Shown: positions 25,701 to 35,882 of the stretch, piece after piece | Layout: each line of letters opens with the position of its first letter | Numbering within the stretch: position 1 is the first letter of the stretch | Source of the DNA: Deinococcus yavapaiensis KR-236 | GTDB lineage: Bacteria; Deinococcota; Deinococci; Deinococcales; Deinococcaceae | Reading direction: 5' to 3' | Assembly: GCF_003217515.1 (NCBI RefSeq) | Contig: NZ_QJSX01000004.1 | Location: 249,140 to 313,139 of the forward strand | DNA length: 64,000 nt | The notes under the pieces: generated by a model | Told to the model about the DNA's origin: nothing | What the model saw: the letters and a program-made list of their open reading frames with translations, nothing else | The model's database searches: none | Translations under genes and position numbers: made by a program

Positions 25701-26601
25701 CTGTGCTTCCAGGGTAGTGCGAACGGGTGTTAGGCGAAGCTTGATTTTTAGACAAATTGTCTAAGTAGCGTCGCCAACATTCCAGGAGGTCGGAGGGAAG
25801 AACGTCGTCCGGAACGCGCCAACCCATCGACGCGGCGAGGAACGAGAGCAGGCGGGAAGGCTGCTCCCCTGCCTCGCGAAGCGCCGTCACCGACGGCGCG
25901 CCGCCGCGCTTGGCGAGTCGCTCGCCGAAGGCGTCTTTCAGCAAGGGAACGTGCAGGTACCGAGGCGTGGGGAGGTTCAGGGCGCCTTGCAGGGCAACGT
26001 GACGCGGCGTGCTGAGCCACAAGTCCTCGCCGCGCACGACGTCCGTGACGCCCGTCAGCGCGTCGTCCACGACGACCGCGAGATGATAGGCGAAAGCCCC
26101 GTCCGAGCGCAAGAGCACGAAGTCTCCGACCTCCCGCGCCAGGTCTTGACACAGCGTTCCGAGGCGAAGGTCGTGCGCGCAAGCCGTTTCGTTCGGCGCC
26201 CGCCAGCGCACGGCACCGCTTAACACGTCCTTGGCGCGGCACGTGCCGGGGTACACGAGTTCCGCTCCGTGCGGCGCGCTCACCGCCTCGGCGATCTGCT
26301 TGCGGGTGCAGTCGCAGCGATACGTCTCGAGACGGCGAAGCGCGTCCTCGTAGAGGTCGCGCCGCTCGCTTTGCGTGAACTCCTCGTCCCAATCGAGGCC
26401 CAGCCACGTCAAGTCTCGCCGAATGCCGTCGTACGCCCAGGAGCGCACGCGGCCCGTGTCGAGGTCCTCGAAGCGCAGAAGGTGCCGCCCGCCAAGCGAA
26501 CGAGAATGCAGCCAGGCGAACAAGGCCGTGCGAGCGTTGCCGAGGTGCATGGCGCCCGTCGGCGAGGGGGCGAAACGGCCGATCACGGTCGAGCCGGACA
26601 C
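25687..26601 (-). CDS. gluQ: tRNA glutamyl-Q(34) synthetase (GluQRS, truncated GluRS paralog); start uncertain
   Basis: [20 protein letters not shown] class I aaRS HIGH-region and GluRS catalytic-core homology without an anticodon-binding domain; GTG starts at about 26601 or 26586, or ATG further upstream giving an Arg-rich extension. Confidence 0.7.
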
Positions 26602-26876
26602 GCGGAAAGTGTAGCGCGCCGAGGAGCGACCGTGGAAGTCGCTATCATCCCGAGCCCGGCGTGTCGTCCGACGGCGACCTCTTCCCGACGAACGTCGGGG
26701 CGAAGTCGCCTCGTCGCACTTGGAGAGCGCGGCCATGCCCGTCATGGATGTCGTGCCGCGGCACGCGTGGGCGGCTTGACACGGCGGGCTGACGAGCCTA
26801 CGGTTGACGGGCCGTCCGCGCCCTGTTTGTGCTTTCGATCGTCCCGCCCACCGAGGCGAACTTTCCCCGAGGTCCG

Positions 26877-29840
26877 ATGAACGCGAAACCACCCGAGTCT
26901 GCCCGAGCCATCCTTCTCACCGCCGTCCCCGCCGACTTGCTGGTGGTCGGCGGCGGGCTCGCGGGCATCGCCGCCGCCATGAGCGCCGCGCGAAGAGGCG
27001 CGAGCGTCGTCCTGACCGAGGAGCACACGATGCTGGGCCGCGAGCTCTTCCCCACCTTGCGCCCGTGGTTGGACTCGCGAGCCTTGAAGCGGCTCGACGT
27101 GCTGCTCGGCGGGCTCAGCGACGTGGCCGTCACGTTCGGGGGCGAAGCGGCCCTCGTGCCCGACGCCTTCAAAATCGCCTTGGAAGACCGCCTGCTCGAC
27201 GCGGGCGTTCGCCTCTTGTACGGGCTGCGTCCCGTCGAGCGGCGAGGAAGCGGACCGTTCGAAATCGCGTTCGCCTCGAAGCAGGGTCTGCTCGCCGTTC
27301 GCGCCCGCCGTCTCGTGGACGCCACGCCGCGCGCCGACCTCGCCGCGTGGAGCGTTCCGGACCTTCGAAGCCCGCTCGCCTCGGCGCGCCGAACGGTAGA
27401 GTTCACGGGCGCCGACTTGAACGCCGTGACGCCCGGCGTCCTCGCCGTTCCGGAAGCGCTTTCCCCCGACGTGCGCGTTCACCTCGGTGCGGCCCGGAGC
27501 GGACACGTTTTGATCGAGCACGTCGTCGAGCCACCGTTCGAAGGCACCTCGTCGAACGACTTCGAGCTTCACGCTCGGAGCGCATCGTTCGCGCTCGCAC
27601 GTTGGCTGTGCGCCCACCACCCGGCCTTCGTGCAAGCGCGTGTCACGGGCACGTCCCTGGAGCTCACGGCGCCGCCCGCTCGGCACTTGCACGAGCCGGC
27701 GTTTCGTCATCCCGACGGCTTTTGGGTGACCGCAACGGCCCCGAGGCTACCCGGCGAGGACGCCGAGCAACTCGCCGCGCTCGCCGAACTCGGCTGGAGC
27801 GTCGGCGAGCGCGCGTGGGACGAAACGCCACCGGAAGTTCCCGGCGAGGTCCGCCACCGCCCGCTCGTCCGATCGGCACGCGTGGACGTCCTCGTGATCG
27901 GCGGAGGCACGAGCGGAACGGCCGCCGCGATCGGCGCGGCGAGGCGCGGCGCAAGCGTCCTGTTGGCGGACATGAACATGGGGTTGGGTGGAGCGGGCAC
28001 CCTCGGCGGCGTCGACAGTTACTGGTTCGGGCGGCGCGGCGGCTTCAATGCCGAAGTGAGCGCTTGGACGCAAGAGCAGCAGGCCTGGATGAACTGGCCG
28101 AGCGGCGCGAAGTGGAACGTGGAAGCCAAGATGTTCGCCCTGACCGATCACGCTCGCCGAGAAGGCGTGGACGTCGTGTTGGGCGCGCTGCACCTGTGGC
28201 CGATCCTCGGGCCGGACGGCCGCGTGCGCGGCGCGCGGCTCTCGACACGCGACGGCCTGCTGGACGTGACCGCCGACATCACCGTCGACGCGACGGGGGA
28301 CGCGGACGTCGCGGTTGCCGCCGGAGCCGAGGCGACGTACGGCTCGCTCCGCGAAGGCGTCACGATGTGGTACTCGCTCGCGCCGCATCCGAGACCGGGC
28401 TTGACGAAGAACAACTTCACCAGCAACGTCGACGTGGGTGATCCCGACGATTACACGCGCGCCATCCTCAGCGGACGGCGCCGCGTCGTCGGGCACGACC
28501 ACGGGCCGTACGTCGCGCCACGCGAAACGCGGCACGTCCTGGGCGAGGCGCGCCTGACACTTACCGACCAGCTCACGCGGCGCCGCTGGCGCGACGTCGT
28601 GAACGTCCACTTCTCCAATCACGACGTCAAAGGGCATGCGACGTCCGATTGGCTGCGCTTGGGGTTGATTCCGCCGAACCTCGAAGTGGAAATTCCCTAC
28701 CGCGCGCTCGTTCCGCTCGGACCGGACGGCCTGCTCGTCACGGGCAAGGCGATCTCCGCCGAGCACGACGCGCTTCCCGCCATTCGCATGCAAGCCGACT
28801 TGGAAAACCTCGGCTTCGCGTGCGGCGTCGCGGCGGCCCTGTGCGTGACGAAGAAGGTCGAACCCCGCCACCTGAGGGTGGAGGAGCTTCAACGTGTCCT
28901 CGTGGACCTCGGCGCCCTCGCGCCCTCCGTGCTGGAACGCTCGGTGAACGAGCACGACGTCGCGGACGCTTCGACGTGGCCGTCGATCGTCGCGTCCTTC
29001 GACGACGCGGTGCAACCGTACGAGCTTTCGTTCAAGGAGTTCCACGAGGTGTGGCGAGGCCCCATTCCTTTCGTGCAAGCGTGCACGGCCGGACCCGGCA
29101 TTCTCCCGCTGCTTCGCGCGCACTTGTCGCCGAGCTTTCGAGGGCGCGTGTGGGCGGCGCGCGCCCTTGCGTGGTACGGCGACCGCGCCGCGACACCCGT
29201 GCTGCTCGAAGCGATCGACGCTCGGCTCGCCTCTGCTTCGAACGGCACGCTGCCTCACCGCGTTCCGATGCCGTTCACCCAGGCGTCGCCGGACCACGCC
29301 GCCATGCCCGACCTCGCCTATCTCTTGCACGCCCTCGCGCTCACGCGAGACGAACGCTCGATCGGCGTCCTGCACCGAATCGTGGACCGCCTCGACCCGA
29401 CCGACGAGCGACTGCGCGATCACACGAGCGGCCTGTTTCACTACGTCGACGCGGTGTGCGACGTGTGCGAGCGGCTCGGCGATCCACGCTGCCTGTCCGT
29501 CCTCGCACGGTTGCGCGCCCATCCGTTCCTGCGCGGTCACGTCACGACGACCGCCGTGCAGCCCGACTTCTTTCTGGAGCGGCTCGCGCACATGGAGCTC
29601 CTGATCAACCGCGCCGCCGCCCGTTGCGGGGACGCCGACGGCGCGCGAACCTTGATCGAGTACCTGGACGACCCGCGTCGTCCGCTCGCCCGCCACGCCC
29701 GAAGAGAGCTGACGGCGCTCGCGGGCGAGGACCTCGGGCCGGGCCGCGAGGCGTGGAGGCGCTGGATCTCGGACCGGGCGCGCCTCGATCCTCGCCCTTG
29801 GCGAGACGCGCGCTCGCCGTCGAGGGCGGTGAGCGCTTGA
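26877..29840 (+). CDS. Large FAD-dependent oxidoreductase (two tandem FAD_oxidored/PF12831-like domains) with C-terminal HEAT/PBS-lyase-like repeats, 987 aa
   Basis: Two dinucleotide-binding motifs (LLVVGGGLAGIAAAMSAARRGASVVL and VLVIGGGTSGTAAAIGAARRGASVLL) about 330 aa apart; C-terminus contains RVWAARALAWYGDRAATPVLLEAIDARL, typical of HEAT-like repeats. Start at MNAKPP (GAGGT RBS); the alternative GTG at 26829 lacks an RBS. Confidence 0.75.
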   Translation: MNAKPPESARAILLTAVPADLLVVGGGLAGIAAAMSAARRGASVVLTEEHTMLGRELFPTLRPWLDSRALKRLDVLLGGLSDVAVTFGGEAALVPDAFKIALEDRLLDAGVRLLYGLRPVERRGSGPFEIAFASKQGLLAVRARRLVDATPRADLAAWSVPDLRSPLASARRTVEFTGADLNAVTPGVLAVPEALSPDVRVHLGAARSGHVLIEHVVEPPFEGTSSNDFELHARSASFALARWLCAHHPAFVQARVTGTSLELTAPPARHLHEPAFRHPDGFWVTATAPRLPGEDAEQLAALAELGWSVGERAWDETPPEVPGEVRHRPLVRSARVDVLVIGGGTSGTAAAIGAARRGASVLLADMNMGLGGAGTLGGVDSYWFGRRGGFNAEVSAWTQEQQAWMNWPSGAKWNVEAKMFALTDHARREGVDVVLGALHLWPILGPDGRVRGARLSTRDGLLDVTADITVDATGDADVAVAAGAEATYGSLREGVTMWYSLAPHPRPGLTKNNFTSNVDVGDPDDYTRAILSGRRRVVGHDHGPYVAPRETRHVLGEARLTLTDQLTRRRWRDVVNVHFSNHDVKGHATSDWLRLGLIPPNLEVEIPYRALVPLGPDGLLVTGKAISAEHDALPAIRMQADLENLGFACGVAAALCVTKKVEPRHLRVEELQRVLVDLGALAPSVLERSVNEHDVADASTWPSIVASFDDAVQPYELSFKEFHEVWRGPIPFVQACTAGPGILPLLRAHLSPSFRGRVWAARALAWYGDRAATPVLLEAIDARLASASNGTLPHRVPMPFTQASPDHAAMPDLAYLLHALALTRDERSIGVLHRIVDRLDPTDERLRDHTSGLFHYVDAVCDVCERLGDPRCLSVLARLRAHPFLRGHVTTTAVQPDFFLERLAHMELLINRAAARCGDADGARTLIEYLDDPRRPLARHARRELTALAGEDLGPGREAWRRWISDRARLDPRPWRDARSPSRAVSA

Positions 29841-29847
29841 GAAGGCG

Positions 29848-31305
29848 TCAGGACTTCGGGCGCTCGTAGAGAACGGCGTCGGGCGACGGGCGGTATTTCC
29901 AAGCGGACGCGTCGCGCGTCGCCGCCGCGATCAGAAGGCGTTCGTGCTGTCCGCGCACGATTCGCTCTCGCAGTTCGGACACGTCGAGGCCTGCCAGCAA
30001 GGCCGCCTGCAATTCCTCGCGCACGATGGCGTACGCCGAGTCGGACGCGAGGTCGCGTTGCTCGTACGGGTCCGCTTGAAGGTCGAACAACAGCGGGGCC
30101 TGCTCGTGCACGTACACGAATTTGAAGCGGCCCGCGCGCAGCATCAGCATGGGCTCGACGGTGCCCTCGGAAAAATACTCGGACACCGCGAAGTCCTTCC
30201 ACGGCCCGCCGCTTCCCGAAAGAAGCGGCTTCAAACTTCCGCCGTCGGCGTCACTGGGCGCTTCGACTTCGGCGAGGTCGAGCAACGTGGCCGTGAGGTC
30301 CACCAGCGACACGACTTCGGAGCGGCGCGCGGGCGCGAACGTCGAGGGCCGCGACACGATCAGCGGAACTTTCGCGGCGCCGTCGTAGAAGGTGCGCTTG
30401 AACCACATGCCGTGTTCGCCGAGCATCTCACCGTGGTCGCTCGTGAACACGACGAGGGTGTCGCCGAGTCCCACGCGGTCGAGTTCGGCCAGCAGGCGTC
30501 CGACGATGCTGTCCACGTAACTGACGGCGGCGTAGTACGCGCGCCTCGCTCGCAAGGTCTCCTCGGGCGTCAGTGGAAAGCGGTCCGCCTCGTGGTGAAT
30601 CTGAATCCAGCGGTTGAAAGGATGCAGGTCTTCGTCGTGCGCCTCCACGTTCGGCGGCGCGACGGGGCGGTCCTCGTACGCCGCCCAGTACGGCTCGGGC
30701 GTCAGGAACGGATCGTGCGGATGGCTGAACGACGCGCACAGGAAGAACGGTGCGTCCTCCAAGGCGAGGCGCCTGAGGCGCGCGAGCGTGTGGTGCAGCA
30801 CCTCCTCGTCGTATGCGAGCTGCAAGCTCCACGGGCGCACGGGCGGGTAGCGCAGGCGCTGAACGCTCGTTCCGGGATTGGGGTAAGGGCCGCGCGTCCA
30901 GTCGGGCGTCAACTCGAAGCCCGTCGGCGAGATGTCGGGCGTGAGGCGCTCGCGAAAGCCGTGAAGTTGATCCGGCCCGACGAAGTGCATCTTGCCCGAC
31001 AAGATCGTCGTGTACCCCGCGAGGTTCAAGCGGTGCGCGAACGTCGGGAGACTCGCCGGGAATTCCGAACCGTTGTCGAAGGCGTTCGTGTGTCGCACGA
31101 GACGGCCGGTCATGAACGACACGCGCGACGACACGCAGATCGGCGAGTTGCAGTAGGCGTGGTCGAAGGCGACGCCGCGCCGCACGAGCGCGTCGAGGTT
31201 CGGCGTGAGAACGGTCGGGTGTCCCAGCGCGCCAATGACGTCGTGCGCCATCTGATCGACCATGATCACGAGGATGTTCGGCTTGTTGACGCTCACCCTT
31301 GACAT
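29848..31305 (-). CDS. Sulfatase family protein (choline-sulfatase/arylsulfatase-like) with non-canonical C-V-S-S-R active-site motif
   Basis: Alkaline phosphatase superfamily; NILVIMVDQ..., YCNSPICVSSRVSFMTGR where the type I sulfatase consensus is C-x-P-x-R; GAGGGGG RBS. Confidence 0.8.
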   Translation of the reverse strand: MSRVSVNKPNILVIMVDQMAHDVIGALGHPTVLTPNLDALVRRGVAFDHAYCNSPICVSSRVSFMTGRLVRHTNAFDNGSEFPASLPTFAHRLNLAGYTTILSGKMHFVGPDQLHGFRERLTPDISPTGFELTPDWTRGPYPNPGTSVQRLRYPPVRPWSLQLAYDEEVLHHTLARLRRLALEDAPFFLCASFSHPHDPFLTPEPYWAAYEDRPVAPPNVEAHDEDLHPFNRWIQIHHEADRFPLTPEETLRARRAYYAAVSYVDSIVGRLLAELDRVGLGDTLVVFTSDHGEMLGEHGMWFKRTFYDGAAKVPLIVSRPSTFAPARRSEVVSLVDLTATLLDLAEVEAPSDADGGSLKPLLSGSGGPWKDFAVSEYFSEGTVEPMLMLRAGRFKFVYVHEQAPLLFDLQADPYEQRDLASDSAYAIVREELQAALLAGLDVSELRERIVRGQHERLLIAAATRDASAWKYRPSPDAVLYERPKS

Positions 31306-31312
31306 GGTAACC

Positions 31313-31340
31313 CCCTCTCCCGCGAGGTGAGAGGGGGCGG
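31313..31340. terminator. Terminator hairpin of the flotillin operon, overlapping the sulfatase RBS
   Basis: CCCCCTCTC-ccgcgaggtg-AGAGGGGG immediately downstream of the flotillin stop. Confidence 0.5.
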
Positions 31341-31357
31341 GGCCGTGACGAGGAGGA

Positions 31358-32644
31358 TCAGTCGTTGGCCACGGGCGTCAGGATCGTCTTCGAGTCGTCG
31401 TGCGAGCTCGACTTCAGGGCGCCGAGAAGGTTCACGCCCGTGGCGTTTTCCACTTGCTCCATGAGGCTCACGATGCCCGCCGGAAGGTTCGTGAGGGCGC
31501 TGCGGTAACCGCTGCCGCTGCCCGAGTCGATGACGCTGAGCTTGTCGATCTGCACTTCGCGCACGCTCTTGGCGAACTCCTCCACGATGCCGGGCAGCAT
31601 GTTGAGGACGTAGGCGCGCTCGCCCTCGGCGCCCGCGTTGCGAAACGCCTCGGCCATGAGGCGCACCGCTTCGGCCTTCGCGCGGCCTTCCTCGATGATC
31701 GGCGCGGCCGCCGCTTGCGCCTCGAGCAGCTTCGCTTCCCGCTGAGCGCGCGCCGGAGCCACGACGTCCGCTTCGAAGCGCTTTTGGTTGAGGATGATGC
31801 GTTCGGTTTCCAGAGCCTGCTCGGCGAGGACCTTGGCGCGTTGACCCGCGACTTGCGCCTCGTTCTCCTTCGACACGGCGACGGCGCTGAGTTCCGCTTG
31901 ACGCACGCGCAACTTGTTCTGCTCTTCGATGATCGCTTGCTGCGCGACGGCCTGCGCGACTTGGGCGCGTTGCTGGCTGCGCGCCTCGGCTTCGGTCGCC
32001 TCGGCGCCGCGCTCGGCTTCGGCGACGCGCGCCTCCTTGAGCACCTCGGCGGTCTTGCGGCGTCCGATCGAATCGAGGTAGCCGCTGGAATCCGAGACGT
32101 TTTGGATCTTGAGGGTGTCGAGTTGCATGCCGAGCTTGCCCATGTCGTGCTCGGCTTCCTCGATGAGGGCCTCGGCGAAGCGCAGGCGGTCTTGGTTGAT
32201 CTCCTCGGGCGTGAGGGTCGCGACGATGCCGCGCAAGTTGCCTTCGAGCGTGTCACGCACGATGATCGTCACCTCGTCGCGCTTCACGTCCAAGAAGCGC
32301 TCGATGGCGTTCGAGAGATAAGGTTCGTGCGCGTTGATCTTGACGTTGGCGACGGCGTGAATCGTGAGGGGAATGCCGCCTTTCGAGTAGGCGTTTTGGA
32401 TCTTGAGGTCGAGCGGGATCGTCGTGAGGTCGATCCAACCCGCGCGTTCGATGGCCGGGAAGTACGTGGCGCGCCCGCCGCGAATGATGCGGTACCCGAC
32501 CGAGTTTCCGCTGGCGTCGCGGCTTCGCCGACCCGCGAGCACGAGCACCTTGTTGGGCGGCACGATGATGAGGAAGCTGCGGATGATGACCAACAAGACG
32601 ATGAAGCCGAGCAAAACGAGGCCGAACAGAATCATGACTTCCAT
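31358..32644 (-). CDS. Flotillin-like SPFH/band 7 domain protein (YqiK-like)
   Basis: N-terminal TM (MEVMILFGLVLLGFIVLLVII) plus SPFH domain plus long Ala/Glu-rich coiled-coil flotillin region; GGAGG RBS. Confidence 0.85.
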   Translation of the reverse strand: MEVMILFGLVLLGFIVLLVIIRSFLIIVPPNKVLVLAGRRSRDASGNSVGYRIIRGGRATYFPAIERAGWIDLTTIPLDLKIQNAYSKGGIPLTIHAVANVKINAHEPYLSNAIERFLDVKRDEVTIIVRDTLEGNLRGIVATLTPEEINQDRLRFAEALIEEAEHDMGKLGMQLDTLKIQNVSDSSGYLDSIGRRKTAEVLKEARVAEAERGAEATEAEARSQQRAQVAQAVAQQAIIEEQNKLRVRQAELSAVAVSKENEAQVAGQRAKVLAEQALETERIILNQKRFEADVVAPARAQREAKLLEAQAAAAPIIEEGRAKAEAVRLMAEAFRNAGAEGERAYVLNMLPGIVEEFAKSVREVQIDKLSVIDSGSGSGYRSALTNLPAGIVSLMEQVENATGVNLLGALKSSSHDDSKTILTPVAND

Positions 32645-32728
32645 GGTGTCCTCCGTGGACGACGGCCCCAACGCGAACAGGGGCTTTCCTCACAATACGA
32701 GGTTCCGCGTCTCGAAGTTGCCTGACTT

Positions 32729-33034
32729 CTAGCCTCCCAGAAGCTTGGCGAGGGCGGGCAAGTAGCCGCGCACGAGGTACACCAGCGCCAAGCCCACGAG
32801 GGCGAGCAGCGCGGCCACGGCGAGGCGACGGTCGTCGCGCCAATGCACGAGCACGACCGTGACGGCGGCCACGACGGGCGTGAGCAGCAACGCCAGCACG
32901 CCAATCTGCTCGAGGGCGGGCACGAACAGCCCCAGCGCGAGGAGCGTCACGACGATCCAGAAGGCCGTCGGGTAGAGCCTCGGCGGCAAGACGGGCTTCG
33001 CCACCGAGTTGGTCTTGTGCTGAGGTGCGCTCAT
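32729..33034 (-). CDS. Small integral membrane protein (3 predicted TM helices), 101 aa
   Basis: Hydrophobic ORF abutting the TauE gene stop; GGGAG RBS; not NfeD-like (no OB-fold). Confidence 0.55.
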   Translation of the reverse strand: MSAPQHKTNSVAKPVLPPRLYPTAFWIVVTLLALGLFVPALEQIGVLALLLTPVVAAVTVVLVHWRDDRRLAVAALLALVGLALVYLVRGYLPALAKLLGG

Positions 33035-33783
33035 CGCAGATGCTCCCACAGAAGTTGCAGCGCCGTGAACACCAGCAGGGCCGAGAAGAAGAGCTTGAGC
33101 CGGTTGGCGGAAATGCGCTGCTGCAAACTCGCCCCGAGGCGGGCGCCCACCAAGACGCCGAGCGCGACCGTTCCGGCGAGGCGCACGTCGAGCAGTCCGC
33201 CCGCTTGATACACGATGGCGTTGCCGACCGCCGTCAAGCCCATGATGAAGGTGCTCGTCGCGATGGCTTCGCGAATCGGGATGCCCGCGAGCAAGTTCAT
33301 GACGGGCACCTGCACCGTTCCGCCCCCGATGCCGAGCAGGCCGGACATGATTCCGGCGAAGGTCATGGCGGGCAGCACGAGACGCGACTGGCTTTCGCGT
33401 TCCTCGTCGACGCGGCGAATGCCCTTGACGAGGTTGTACGCCGAGTACAGCAGCAAGGCGGCGAACACGAGCGCGACGATGCGCTCGGGCAAGACCAGCC
33501 CGAGCACCGAGCCGAGCACGCCCCCGACGATCGTGTACGGCGAGAGCAGGTACCCGATGCGCGCGCGCACGAGGCCTCGCTGCAAGTACGCGGCGGCGCC
33601 GCTGAGACCGACGGCGAGCACGCCGATTTGAGAGGCGGCGACCGCTTGCTGGATGGTGATGTCACGTCCGAACAGAGGCAAGACGAACTCCAAGGCGGGA
33701 ACGACGACGACGCCACCCCCCAAACCGAGGATGGCGCCGAGCACCCCTGCGAACAGACCGATGGCGAGAACGGCGAGGGTCAC
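33031..33783 (-). CDS. TauE/SafE family sulfite/anion exporter (DUF81) membrane protein
   Basis: Duplicated 4-TM repeats with GxGGG motifs ([22 protein letters not shown]). Confidence 0.85.
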   Translation of the reverse strand: MTLAVLAIGLFAGVLGAILGLGGGVVVVPALEFVLPLFGRDITIQQAVAASQIGVLAVGLSGAAAYLQRGLVRARIGYLLSPYTIVGGVLGSVLGLVLPERIVALVFAALLLYSAYNLVKGIRRVDEERESQSRLVLPAMTFAGIMSGLLGIGGGTVQVPVMNLLAGIPIREAIATSTFIMGLTAVGNAIVYQAGGLLDVRLAGTVALGVLVGARLGASLQQRISANRLKLFFSALLVFTALQLLWEHLR

Positions 33784-33821
33784 GTCGCGAAGCCTATCAC
33801 GCTCGCCTTCGCCGCGAACGT

Positions 33822-35018
33822 TCAGCGATCGGCGAACTCGCGCACGGTCGTGACGCCCGCCTCCAGCGTGATATCGCGCCCTTGCAACAAGGCGTCGCGG
33901 TCGAGCTTCACGTCACGGTCGGGCGTCACGAAAGCGTCCATGAGCTGCCCGCTCGTTCCGACGGCCTTGCTCGTCGTGACGGACAGCATCGAGCCGTCGC
34001 TGAGGTCGTACAAGCCCACGGCGGAGTTCATGACGCCCGCCGTCCGAGCGCCGACGATCGTCGCACCGAGCTTTTGCATGGAAAGCGCGAAGATCTCGCC
34101 GCACGACGCGGTCCGCTCGGACACCAGCACGGCGACGCGCGCCGGATTCGGAGCGCTCACGTCCCCCAAGCGCTCCACGAGGTGTCCGTTCACGGCGAGG
34201 CTCCCGTCCTTGGCGCGGTAACGGGTGACGCGGCGGTCGCTTTGCAAGTCGTGCGTCACCTCGCCGAAGGCGGACGCGGCGAGCAAGCACTCGTCGAGGT
34301 TCCCGCCGCCGTTGGCGCGCACGTCCACGACGAGCGGAGTACGCGCGTCGAGGCCGCGCAGCGTCTTGAAGAACGCCGAGGCGGTGCCCTCGCTCAGAAA
34401 GGTCGGAATGTTGACGACGTTGACGCCCTTCACGACGCGAAGCGTCGGAAAGTCTCGGGCGGGCAGCAGGTCGGGCTTCAGCGTGACGGTGCGACCTTCC
34501 CCGAGCGCCAACGTGACGGCGCCCGCGTCCTCGGCGACGGCGAGGTTCGTGCTCGTCGCGTCGAGCCCGTTGATGGCCGTGACGACCGCGCCGACGTCGA
34601 GCTTCGCTCGATCGGCGGGCGAGTCGGGGCGCACGTAACCGATCATGGAGGCGCCTCCGCCGATCGGCACGAGGCGCACGCCGATTCGCGCGACGTCCGT
34701 GCCGTTCATCTCGGCGCGGGCGCGCTTCGCGGCGCTGGGAGGACGCAAATTCGTGTGTTTGTCGGCGAACTTCGCGACGAGGTCCTGAGCGACCGCCCGA
34801 CCGGTGTCGATGGAGCAAGCGGCCGCTTCGGCGCACTTCGCGTCGAGTTCCGCGCGTGCTTGCTCGCTCAGCGTGACGGGATCGACCTTGGAAGGCCCGC
34901 CGTAGAAGCGCAGAAGGCGTGTGACTTCCGACAGGAAGTCCGAGGCGGGCGACGCGAACGTCGCGCCGGAGGCGAGCAGGGAAACGGAGCCGAGAACGAC
35001 GAAGGCACGGAAGCGCAC
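33822..35018 (-). CDS. S41 family peptidase (C-terminal processing/tricorn-like), secreted
   Basis: Signal peptide; S41 motifs ([15 protein letters not shown]). Confidence 0.8.
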   Translation of the reverse strand: MRFRAFVVLGSVSLLASGATFASPASDFLSEVTRLLRFYGGPSKVDPVTLSEQARAELDAKCAEAAACSIDTGRAVAQDLVAKFADKHTNLRPPSAAKRARAEMNGTDVARIGVRLVPIGGGASMIGYVRPDSPADRAKLDVGAVVTAINGLDATSTNLAVAEDAGAVTLALGEGRTVTLKPDLLPARDFPTLRVVKGVNVVNIPTFLSEGTASAFFKTLRGLDARTPLVVDVRANGGGNLDECLLAASAFGEVTHDLQSDRRVTRYRAKDGSLAVNGHLVERLGDVSAPNPARVAVLVSERTASCGEIFALSMQKLGATIVGARTAGVMNSAVGLYDLSDGSMLSVTTSKAVGTSGQLMDAFVTPDRDVKLDRDALLQGRDITLEAGVTTVREFADR

Positions 35019-35049
35019 GTCTTCATTGTCGCTTCACGTGGTGAATGTC

Positions 35050-35802
35050 TCAAGCGATGAAAGTGAGAAGCACGCCGACGCCGCCCACTTCGACTTCGAC
35101 GCGGTCTCCCCGCTGAAGCGGCCCGACGCCCGACGGCGTCCCAGTGAGGACGACGTCGCCGACTTCGAGGGTCACGAAGCGGGTCACGTACGCGAGGATC
35201 GTCGGCACGTCGAAGATCATCTGCGACGTGCGACCGTCTTGGCGCGTCTCACCGTTCACCCGTGTCGTGACGCGCACGTCCGACGGGTCGAGATTCGTCT
35301 CCAACCAAGGACCGAGAGGGCAGAACTTGTCCGCGCCCTTCGCGCGAAACCACTGCAAATCGGCGCTCTGCTTGTCGCGCGCCGTGAGGTCGAGGCCGCA
35401 GGTGTACCCGAGAACATGCTCCAAGGCCGCGTCGCGGCCCACGTTCTTCGCTTCGCGTCCGATCACGAGCGCGAGTTCGCCTTCGAAGTGGAAGTTCTCG
35501 GTCCAGTCGGGATACGCGACGCGCTCCTCGTGGACGGCGAGGGTGTTGGGGCCCTTGAGGAAGATGCCGGGCTCGGTCGGCAAGTCGCCTCGATCGTTGC
35601 CGAGTTCCTTGATGTGATCGAGGTAATTGCGACCGACGCACACGATCTTCGTCGGCTCGGCGGGCGCGAGGAGGGACACGTCGGAACGCGAGGTCGTCTC
35701 TCCCGTTCGCGCGCCCGTCATGGAGGCGCGCAGATGAATGGTGTCACCGTCGAGGTCGCCCCAGGCGACCGTCTCACCGTGGCGAAAGCGCAGAAGTTTC
35801 AC
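35050..35802 (-). CDS. Fumarylacetoacetate hydrolase (FAH) family protein
   Basis: FAH-fold sequence (KIVCVGRNY..., [23 protein letters not shown]). Confidence 0.85.
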   Translation of the reverse strand: MKLLRFRHGETVAWGDLDGDTIHLRASMTGARTGETTSRSDVSLLAPAEPTKIVCVGRNYLDHIKELGNDRGDLPTEPGIFLKGPNTLAVHEERVAYPDWTENFHFEGELALVIGREAKNVGRDAALEHVLGYTCGLDLTARDKQSADLQWFRAKGADKFCPLGPWLETNLDPSDVRVTTRVNGETRQDGRTSQMIFDVPTILAYVTRFVTLEVGDVVLTGTPSGVGPLQRGDRVEVEVGGVGVLLTFIA

Positions 35803-35882
35803 GACGGGTAGTTTGACACGCGCGACCGCCGAGCGCGAGGATCTTCATCGCGCCGCGTCGCGCCGGACGCTAGGCTTTCGCG

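Noticed and set aside
26742-29696. Several 300-650-aa ORFs (26742..27710-, 26804..28441+, 27747..29696-, 28649..29869+)
   Set aside because: All overlap the 987-aa FAD-oxidoreductase gene in other frames or strands; Arg-rich shadow ORFs.
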